A stretch of DNA of 64,000 nucleotides, from NCBI GenBank assembly GCA_015228925.1, contig JADGCQ010000010.1, positions 1,128-65,127 of the forward strand. The letters are read 5' to 3'. Position numbers and translations under genes: made by a program. The stretch is from Magnetococcales bacterium. Lineage in GTDB: Bacteria; Pseudomonadota; Magnetococcia; Magnetococcales; UBA8363. The notes beneath the pieces are model-generated. The model did not search any database, was not told where the DNA came from, and was given only the letters and a program-made list of their open reading frames with translations. Within the stretch, counting starts at the first letter, position 1. Each line of letters starts with the position of its first letter. Shown piece by piece: positions 56,520-62,914 of this stretch.

Positions 56520-56540
56520 TTTTGCAAAATGGCCTATTTT

Positions 56541-56652
56541 TGTCATTTTAGGGCTGTTTTTGTCATTTTGATTGACAGAATAGCGATATTTTATTAGATT
56601 TTGTCATTCTGGTGTCATTTTGACGATCATCGTGTCACTTTGAAAGTGACAC
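56541..56652. promoter_or_regulatory. array of TGTCA/TGACA half-sites and palindromes upstream of the DGR accessory genes
   Basis: TGTCA at 56541, 56602. TGTCA-N7-TGACA at 56561-56577. GTCA-TTT-TGAC at 56614-56624. 21-bp perfect palindrome GTGTCACTTT-G-AAAGTGACAC at 56632-56652, ending 1 nt before the annotated ATG. Confidence 0.6.
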
Positions 56653-56653
56653 A

Positions 56654-57346
56654 ATGACAAAGAACACGAGGGATTGTCATGTGAATCTGTCTCTGACCGA
56701 AGCGGCCATCGTCCTGGGGAAGACCCCTCGGCAGGTGCGCTATCTCATCAAGAACGGGACGCTGAAGGCGAAGAAGGAAAAGGGGTGCTGGGTCATCGAC
56801 AACGCCGATCTTCCCCTTTCCGCCGCCCAGCGTCAGGCGGTGGCCCGACGTGCCGAGACCGCACAGAATGCCATGGCCGAAGCCACCGAACCGCTGCGAA
56901 AAGCGGCATCCCCGGCCCCTTCCCCCGCAGAAACGAAAACCGCAGACGGCGAAAAAGAGAAAAAAGTCTATTCCGTCACCGATCTGAAGGCTTTTACCCT
57001 GGGAGCGGACATTTGCCGGGCGTTGGAAACGCATCTGGGCCGGGAGGATTCCGCCAGGCTTTGCCTTTTTGAAGCCCTGAAGAAGCTCTGCCGGGGGTGT
57101 CACGCCTTTCAACCGCCCCAAAAGGAGGCTCGTTTTACCGAGGCACGGGAGGCGGCAGCGGATGCGGTCGCCATCTTGCTCCTGGAAGGCGATGCCGATG
57201 ATCCCCAGCGCACCACCCTGGCCCGCCGCATTGAGACCGAACTGATCCCCAAGCTGGCGGCGTTGGCCGCTGGTCAGGAAAAACGGGCGCGCAAAAAACA
57301 GCAGGGGAGCCTCAGCGGCTTTTTCCCCGGCATGCTTGGGGAGTGA
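56654..57346 (+). CDS. helix-turn-helix (excisionase/MerR-like HTH) protein, DGR-associated
   Basis: 230 aa. N-terminal LSLTEAAIVLGKTPRQVRYLIKNGTLKAKKEKGCWVI resembles an HTH_17-type motif. Stop overlaps the avd start (GTGATG). An alternative GTG start at 56681 has GAGGGA upstream. A long antisense ORF is considered a GC shadow. Confidence 0.6.
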   Translation: MTKNTRDCHVNLSLTEAAIVLGKTPRQVRYLIKNGTLKAKKEKGCWVIDNADLPLSAAQRQAVARRAETAQNAMAEATEPLRKAASPAPSPAETKTADGEKEKKVYSVTDLKAFTLGADICRALETHLGREDSARLCLFEALKKLCRGCHAFQPPQKEARFTEAREAAADAVAILLLEGDADDPQRTTLARRIETELIPKLAALAAGQEKRARKKQQGSLSGFFPGMLGE

Positions 57347-57687
57347 TGCGACCCGCCCCCCTGTATGGCGACACCATGCGCCTCGCCGCCCTGATTCTTC
57401 GGTTGACCGAAACACCGACGTTCAGGCAGTCACCATTGGGGCGGCGCTTGCAGGATGGTGCGTTGCGTCTTGTGGATCATGTGGTGTTGGCGTTGGCCGG
57501 CCAGGACCGGCAACACCGCATCGCTGCCGCCGATGCCGAACTGCAAACCTTGCGTGCCCATTGTTTTCTCGCGCTTCAAATGGCCTTGATGGAGGAAGAT
57601 TCTTTTTTGATACTGGCCGAAGCGGCCCAAAAGGTGGGTCGGCAATTGGGTGGATGGATCAAAAAAGGGCGGGCTAAATCCGCTTGA
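57343..57687 (+). CDS. avd: DGR accessory variability determinant (Avd, four-helix-bundle family)
   Basis: 113-114 aa, basic and helical. C-terminus AEAAQKVGRQLGGWIKKGRAK resembles Bordetella phage bAvd AEVGRILGSWIARVNRKGQ. Located immediately upstream of TR and RT. Start is GTG 57343 or ATG 57346. Confidence 0.8.
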   Translation: MMRPAPLYGDTMRLAALILRLTETPTFRQSPLGRRLQDGALRLVDHVVLALAGQDRQHRIAAADAELQTLRAHCFLALQMALMEEDSFLILAEAAQKVGRQLGGWIKKGRAKSA

Positions 57688-57793
57688 CGCCGCAGAAAAC
57701 TTGCCTCCCAGGGGAGGGGCCGCTATTCTGAACTGGGGACGCTTCGAAACAAGAATTCCGCTATGGCTATGGACATCACCATGAACCCACAAG

Positions 57794-57903
57794 GGGCGGG
57801 TCCTGGAACAACGCGGCTGACAACCTCCGCGCTGCTAGGCGTAACAGGAACCATGCCGATAACCGCAACGACAATCTGGGCTTTCGCGTCGCCGCCCCCG
57901 CCA
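57794..57903 (+). repeat. DGR template repeat (TR)
   Basis: Non-coding copy of VR1/VR2 between avd and RT. 23 adenines in 110 nt; seven AAC codons when read in the VR frame (RGGSWNNAADNLRAARRNRNHADNRNDNLGFRVAAP). Confidence 0.9.
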
Positions 57904-57970
57904 ACACGCCGGACACATCCGCCGTGCAGAAGTGGCCCCGGTGCTTGCATTGTGCGCCGAAACATCCCAT

Positions 57971-58020
57971 GCCCGCCCGTTCTCGTAGGCAGCAGACGCC
58001 GAGCGTCCGGGCGGGCTTTT
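57971..58020 (+). other. GC-rich stem-loop plus T-tract in the TR-RT spacer
   Basis: GCCCGCCCG (57971-57979) pairs with CGGGCGGGC (58008-58016). Inner GACGC/GCGTC pair (57995-57999 / 58003-58007). Followed by TTTT (58017-58020), 15 nt before the RT ATG. Confidence 0.55.
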
Positions 58021-58034
58021 TCGCCTTTGTGACC

Positions 58035-59027
58035 ATGCGTCGCTTTGGCAATCTGTTTGTGGAGGTCGCCTCGACGAACAATCTTTGGCGGGCCTGGCAG
58101 GACTTTTCCAAAGGAAAACGCCAGCGCATCACGGTGGCTGATTTTGTATGGCAAGCACCCCAGGAAGTTGTGTCTCTGCACCAGCAATTGATGGCGGAGA
58201 ACTATCGCCCCCAGGGCTATCGTCTGAAAATGATTCATGAACCCAAACACCGCCTGGTGGCGGCAGCTCCGGTGTGTGACCGAATCGTCCATCATGCCAT
58301 CTATCGAATTCTCTCACCGCTTTTGGATCCAGGGTTGATCCGGGAGACCTGGGCCTGTCTGCAAGGGCGCGGCAGCCATCGGGCGCAAATCGCCTGTGTG
58401 GGGGCCATGCGGAATTATCCCTGGCGGATGGCCCTGGATATACGCCATTACTTTCCCAGTATTGATCACGCCATTCTTCTGGAGGAGGTCATGGCGCGGC
58501 GTATCAAGGACCGGCGTCTGCTCGAACTGCTCAGGAAAATCTGTCGCAGTGGTGCTGGACTCTATCGGCATCCGGGGATTGGGGAATTTTTGGATTTTCC
58601 CCCTGGTTTTCCCCCGGATGGATGTGGTCTGCCCATTGGCAATCTGACCAGTCAGTGGCAGGCCAATCACTATCTTTCGGGATTGGATCACCATGCCAAA
58701 CGGGTTCTTGGGGTTCCCGCCTACCATCGGTACATGGATGACATGGTTTTTTTCGCCCATTCCAAAAGCCAGTTGCAGGAGACCCGTGACGCCGTGGCCC
58801 AATGGCTTTGGGTGTATCGGCGTCTGAAATTGAAACATCCCAACGCCGCCATCCGTTCCACCAAGCAACCCATGACCTGGCTGGGCAAACGCATTTCCAC
58901 CGCCGGTATCAACCCAAGTCGGCGGCAGATTCGCAAAATGCAGTGTCGGATGACAACCCTGGTCCGTCAGGGGGATGAGGAGACCATCCGCCATGCCGTT
59001 GCCTCCTATCGCGGAGTGCTGTTGTAA
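58035..59027 (+). CDS. DGR reverse transcriptase
   Basis: 330 aa from MRRFGNLFVEVASTNNLWRAWQDFSKGKRQR. RT motifs include LPIGNLTSQWQANHYL (the I/LGxxxSQ signature of DGR RTs) and catalytic YHRYMDDMVFF. Start set at ATG 58035, downstream of TR; the track ORF begins at 57924, 21 nt downstream of TR. Confidence 0.88.
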   Translation: MRRFGNLFVEVASTNNLWRAWQDFSKGKRQRITVADFVWQAPQEVVSLHQQLMAENYRPQGYRLKMIHEPKHRLVAAAPVCDRIVHHAIYRILSPLLDPGLIRETWACLQGRGSHRAQIACVGAMRNYPWRMALDIRHYFPSIDHAILLEEVMARRIKDRRLLELLRKICRSGAGLYRHPGIGEFLDFPPGFPPDGCGLPIGNLTSQWQANHYLSGLDHHAKRVLGVPAYHRYMDDMVFFAHSKSQLQETRDAVAQWLWVYRRLKLKHPNAAIRSTKQPMTWLGKRISTAGINPSRRQIRKMQCRMTTLVRQGDEETIRHAVASYRGVLL

Positions 59028-59035
59028 GGGAAGAT

Positions 59036-59155
59036 TGACAAAGTGTCATTTATAAGGTGACGTTTTGTCAGTTTGTCACTTTTCAAATGACACTTTGTCC
59101 ATTTGAATGGACAAAATTGGATGTAAAACGACCTGATTGTCACTTTAAATGACAA
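59036..59155. promoter_or_regulatory. second array of TGTCA/TGACA palindromes downstream of the RT gene
   Basis: TGACA-AAG-TGTCA 59036-59048. TGAC-N5-GTCA 59058-59070. TGTCA-N9-TGACA 59074-59092. TTGTCCAT-TTGA-ATGGACAA 59095-59114. TTGTCA-N7-TGACAA 59137-59155. Confidence 0.6.
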
Positions 59156-59185
59156 AAAACGGCTATTTTTGGTCATTTTGCAAAG

Positions 59186-59206
59186 CCAGGGGGCTACGCC
59201 CCCTGG
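59186..59206 (-). promoter_or_regulatory. GC hairpin 29 nt downstream of the VR2-gene stop
   Basis: On the coding (minus) strand: CCAGGGGGC-gta-GCCCCCTGG. Mirror image of the 56499-56519 element. Confidence 0.7.
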
Positions 59207-59235
59207 ACCCCCACAAAGGACAAAAACCAAAAAAA

Positions 59236-62200
59236 TCAAGGATCAACCATGCTGGCGGGGGCGGCGACGCGAAAGCCCAGAAAGACGTAGCGGTTATCGG
59301 CATGGCTCCAGTTACGCCCAGCAGCGCGGAGGCTGTCAGCCGCGAAGCCCCAGGACCCGCCCCTGATAGGATGAACATCTCGATCACCTTTGGTGATAAC
59401 GGGATCCTGGGTTGGCACCGCGCCAGTGCGTTTTTTATAAGCCTTCTCATCCCAAATATCTCGGCACCATTCCCAGACGTTGCCGGCCAGATCGAGATGG
59501 CCGAAAGGACCACGGCCAGCGGGATATTGTCCCACCAGTTCCGGCTTCCCTTTTTGCCCGTCCAAGCCAAAACAGGCCAACTCCTTCGTTGGTTTTTTAT
59601 CGCCGTCCCAGGGATAAACGCGACCATCGCTTCCCCGTGCGGCATATTCCCATTGCGCCTCGCTGGGTAGAAGAATGGGACTCCCGGACTCTTTGCTGAG
59701 CCATGCGCAAAAGGCCATGGCATCGTTCCAATCCACACCTACTACCGGCTGCTCTGGATCCGAGAATCTTTGGTCGCGCCAATACTCAGGTTCTTTGTGT
59801 TTTACCGCTTTGAGAAAAAGTCCATACTGTTGGTTGGTCACTGGTGTTTCCGCCAATAGGAACGGCGAGAGTTTCACCCGATGCTCCGGTTTTTCATAAC
59901 TGTTTCCTTTGTTGTCTCCCATGGTGAAAATGCCACCGGGTACCGGCAACAGCCGTAGCCCCGGCAAAGGCTCCAGAATTTTCGTTGCCGTGATCTCTCG
60001 GCCATGAACGGCGTTGACCAGGGCTTTTGCCCCCGCTGCCAGGGAGGAACGGGCATCGACCATTACGGTCCCCAGTGGTGCGGGGAGCTTGGGTGCCGCC
60101 GGGCTATCCGGCGTGAACACTGTGATCAGGCGGCAGTCGCTGGCCAGATAGTGCAACCCCTCTTCACATTCGGCGTCGGTAAACAGACGGTCTTCAGCAC
60201 CGAGCAGAAAGGCAACGGCCCCGACCTTGGCCCGAATCGGATCCAGGTATTGCAGCCATTCGTTGGAGACCCATTCCCGCGCCGTTTTCGGCCAGACATG
60301 CACCCCCGCATCGGCCAGGAGAGGGGCCAATTGTTCGGCGAAGGTCTCCCTATCGGCATCATGGATCAGTAGCAGGTCATAGTCTTTGCCACCCGCTTCG
60401 CCCAACAGCCCCTGTGCCAGCCTGGAGACGTTTTCATCTGTATGTTGTTTCAGCCCCTCCGCAGCCGCTAGAACGGCGGTATCGGTCACCCCCTTGAGTA
60501 GCCGCAGAATCGCCGTCAGGTGTCCCACCGACGTTTTTTTATCCTGTAGTGCCTTGGCAAAAACAGAATAATCGGTCTGTTCCGCCTCGGTCAGCATATC
60601 CCGCATCAGATTGGCGCGGTCTCCCTTGAGAATATCCGGCAACAGCCGCGTCATGAACGGCGCGAATAGTTGATGGTCTGGGATCCCCACCAATAACAAC
60701 AACACCTCGCGCCACCATTTTTCATCCCCCTGACTTGCCAGAAAGTCCAAGAGCGTTTCGTCCGACGACGCCATCACCACATGCCGCGCCGCCAGATATT
60801 CCTGCAACCCCAGATGCATGAAGCCATACTGATTGGGTGCATATTCGATGAAAACGCCCGTATCGCGGTGGAGCCACTCCAAAATTTGGAGTCCCGTGGG
60901 TCTGTTTTTTTGACTGGGCAAGCATTTTTCAGCAAAATTGGCAAATTCCAGCCGTTTGACATTATCGCGGCGGTTTTCCTGGTGAAGTTTCCAGGCCAGG
61001 GGGCGCAGGATGTCCAGGGCTGTTTTTACATCCAGGAGTGGTTCACCCCCAGTTTGCTCCCGACGCCATTTGCCCAATAGGATTTCCAGGCATCGTTGAT
61101 AAAACGCCGCCCGTTTTTTGGGAATTTCTCCCACCCGGAGTACCACTACACACAACAGGGTGAGCAACAGTGGGTTGCCCATCAACACCTTGATGCGTTG
61201 GTCGGAAAAATTATTCTCATCCATGGCTTTGAGGAGGCGCAGGGAACGGGCTTTGGCTTCATTAGCCAAGTCGGGTACGAGATATTGGCCAGCCTCATCG
61301 AACCAAACTTTGACGAATTCCTCGACCTGTTCACCATCCAGGGGTTTGACATCCAGGGGAAAGAAATTTTCCAGCCGCACCCCATCCCCATATCCGGTAA
61401 AACGACAAGAGACGGCGGCGTAGATCTGCTGGTTTTGTAAACCGACCAGACCATCGTTGATTCGTTTTGCCACTTTGGCCCGCAGGTTGGAGTCGGCGAT
61501 TTCATCCAAGCCGTCGAAGAGGAGCAACAGCTTGCCATCTTTCCAATAATCCCGGCCTAGTTCTTTTGGGAAACGCCCGGCGGAAAGATCTCCTAATTCT
61601 TTGTCGATGAAGGATTGGAGGGGTATATGCAGATATTCTTCGCTAAAATGGCGCAGACGCAAAAAGACCGGCATCAACCCTTCCGGTAACCCCAAAGAGT
61701 GCGACCCTTGGATGAGGCAATGGTGCAGCATTTTTTTAAGCGAGGTCGTTTTGCCCGCACCCGGTTCACCAAACAACACCACGCACTGCCGCAAGCCGCC
61801 GTCCGCATTTTTGAAAGCCTCTTCCAGTTTGACATCACCAGCACTTTGCTGCCACGCCTCCTCGGCTATGCGCCCCCGACGCTCTTTCAGATCAACCCCA
61901 AAGGCGCGTTGCGAGATGCGCAACGGCACATAGACTTCATTTAAATCTAGGGAAATATCACCACCATCCACCCCCAACAACGACAACCGGCCAAATTTCT
62001 CCAGTGCCCAGGTGGAATAGCCATCTTTCCCGGTGTTTGCAATCTTTTCCTCCACGGGTGGAGGCTGCTTGGCCAGTTCTCGGATACGTTGGGACAGTTC
62101 CAGAAATTTTCTTTTCCTTTCTACAGGTTGCAATTCCTCCAATGTTTTGCCTGGTGTTCCGAATCCTTGAAACTCGGTCAGTTTTATCTGGGAAGTGGTG

Positions 62201-62574
62201 CCACTGTCTGGGTGAATAAAAGAAATCTCGCCGACGGATGATGGTGATAAAAACACGGGAAGGATCGTGAGTCGTCCCTGTTCACTCGCGGAAAGAATAG
62301 GAGGAAGTTCATATGTTTTAATAAAATGAGAGGCTAGAAAAATTTCCGAGATAAACAAAATGGCTGTTTGTGTTTGGCGCAGTGCTTCCTCTATCTCTTT
62401 GCGCCATTTGTCTCCTGCTTTGATGTCTTGATCTACCCAAACTCGGGCAACTCCGTCAGCCTCCAAAGTTTGTTTGAAAGGGAGAAACTCTCGCAGCACT
62501 TCTTCATCCGCGTGACTATAGCTGATAAAAACTTTTGATCTTTGCACGACTTTCATCCATTCAATTTGGGTCAC
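59236..62574 (-). CDS. DGR target 2: TIR-NACHT/STAND NTPase-FGE-sulfatase (C-type-lectin fold) protein with C-terminal VR
   Basis: 1112 aa; no signal peptide seen. N-terminal TIR-like KVFISYSHADEEVLREFLPF...VWVDQDIKAGDKWRKEIEEAL...AILFISEIFLAS. Walker A LFGEPGAGKTTSL (nt ~61744-61773), Walker B LLLLFDGLDEI. C-terminal FGE fold PVVGVDWNDAMAFCAWLS, LAGNVWEWC, RGGSW...LGFRVAAP. Start is GTG 62574 or ATG 62556. Confidence 0.85.
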   Translation of the reverse strand: MTQIEWMKVVQRSKVFISYSHADEEVLREFLPFKQTLEADGVARVWVDQDIKAGDKWRKEIEEALRQTQTAILFISEIFLASHFIKTYELPPILSASEQGRLTILPVFLSPSSVGEISFIHPDSGTTSQIKLTEFQGFGTPGKTLEELQPVERKRKFLELSQRIRELAKQPPPVEEKIANTGKDGYSTWALEKFGRLSLLGVDGGDISLDLNEVYVPLRISQRAFGVDLKERRGRIAEEAWQQSAGDVKLEEAFKNADGGLRQCVVLFGEPGAGKTTSLKKMLHHCLIQGSHSLGLPEGLMPVFLRLRHFSEEYLHIPLQSFIDKELGDLSAGRFPKELGRDYWKDGKLLLLFDGLDEIADSNLRAKVAKRINDGLVGLQNQQIYAAVSCRFTGYGDGVRLENFFPLDVKPLDGEQVEEFVKVWFDEAGQYLVPDLANEAKARSLRLLKAMDENNFSDQRIKVLMGNPLLLTLLCVVVLRVGEIPKKRAAFYQRCLEILLGKWRREQTGGEPLLDVKTALDILRPLAWKLHQENRRDNVKRLEFANFAEKCLPSQKNRPTGLQILEWLHRDTGVFIEYAPNQYGFMHLGLQEYLAARHVVMASSDETLLDFLASQGDEKWWREVLLLLVGIPDHQLFAPFMTRLLPDILKGDRANLMRDMLTEAEQTDYSVFAKALQDKKTSVGHLTAILRLLKGVTDTAVLAAAEGLKQHTDENVSRLAQGLLGEAGGKDYDLLLIHDADRETFAEQLAPLLADAGVHVWPKTAREWVSNEWLQYLDPIRAKVGAVAFLLGAEDRLFTDAECEEGLHYLASDCRLITVFTPDSPAAPKLPAPLGTVMVDARSSLAAGAKALVNAVHGREITATKILEPLPGLRLLPVPGGIFTMGDNKGNSYEKPEHRVKLSPFLLAETPVTNQQYGLFLKAVKHKEPEYWRDQRFSDPEQPVVGVDWNDAMAFCAWLSKESGSPILLPSEAQWEYAARGSDGRVYPWDGDKKPTKELACFGLDGQKGKPELVGQYPAGRGPFGHLDLAGNVWEWCRDIWDEKAYKKRTGAVPTQDPVITKGDRDVHPIRGGSWGFAADSLRAAGRNWSHADNRYVFLGFRVAAPASMVDP
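59253..59362 (-). repeat. DGR variable repeat VR2
   Basis: The reverse complement matches TR 57794-57903 without gaps. 12 mismatches, all at TR adenines. Lies in the last 42 codons of the 59236-62574 CDS. Confidence 0.9.
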
Positions 62575-62638
62575 GGGACTGGTTTGACATCAGCGCGAAG
62601 TAAAAAAATGATCGCGTTACAATACCCCAAACACCAAA

Positions 62639-62668
62639 CAGGCACTTAAGCTTGCGCCTAAGTGCCTG
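62639..62668 (-). terminator. hairpin terminator downstream of tRNA-Lys
   Basis: CAGGCACTTA-N10-TAAGTGCCTG (10-bp stem) with T-rich sequence on both sides. Starts 6 nt after the tRNA 3' end on the minus strand. Confidence 0.6.
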
Positions 62669-62673
62669 TTTTT

Positions 62674-62749
62674 TGGTGAGCCGTGTTGGAGTCGAACCAA
62701 CGACCCACAGATTAAAAGTCTGTTGCTCTACCGACTGAGCTAACGGCCC
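62674..62749 (-). tRNA. tRNA-Lys (anticodon UUU)
   Basis: The reverse complement reads GGGCCGTTAGCTCAGTCGGTAGAGCAACAGACTTTTAATCTGTGGGTCGTTGGTTCGACTCCAACACGGCTCACCA. 7-bp acceptor stem, D-loop AGCTCAGTCGGTAGAGC, anticodon loop CTTTTAA, T-arm GTTGG-TTCGACT-CCAAC, encoded CCA. Confidence 0.92.
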
Positions 62750-62914
62750 CCACAATCCAAAGATGCGGCATCCTAAAACATGTTCCGGTGCTTGGCAACC
62801 CCTATATCCCTTTCCGTAGACAATATTCGGTCATTTTTCATTTGAGCAAGGTCGCCATGGAACTTTTTCCGTATCAATCGGAAAATTTTAACCCGTGGCA
62901 CTCCCCCAGATTGA

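Larger units (their letters stand above)
56343..59362. mobile_element. diversity-generating retroelement core (VR1 - HTH - avd - TR - RT - VR2)
   Basis: Combination of a DGR-type RT, Avd, TR and two adenine-mutated VRs with matching 3' flanks and hairpins (see component features). Confidence 0.88.

Noticed and set aside
56627-57415. 262-aa minus-strand ORF covering the HTH/avd region.
   Set aside because: It is exactly antisense to the HTH ORF in a GC-rich stretch, has a low-complexity Gly/Arg/Pro-rich translation and no motif. The plus-strand ORF has an HTH motif and is coupled to avd.
57723-58295. 190-aa minus-strand ORF, plus small ORFs 56339-56527 (-), 57763-58032 (+) and 59149-59670 (+), spanning TR or VR sequence.
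   Set aside because: They are repeated because TR and VR are repeated, and they read the repeats out of frame or antisense (e.g. GGGGDAKAQ...). They are not independent genes.
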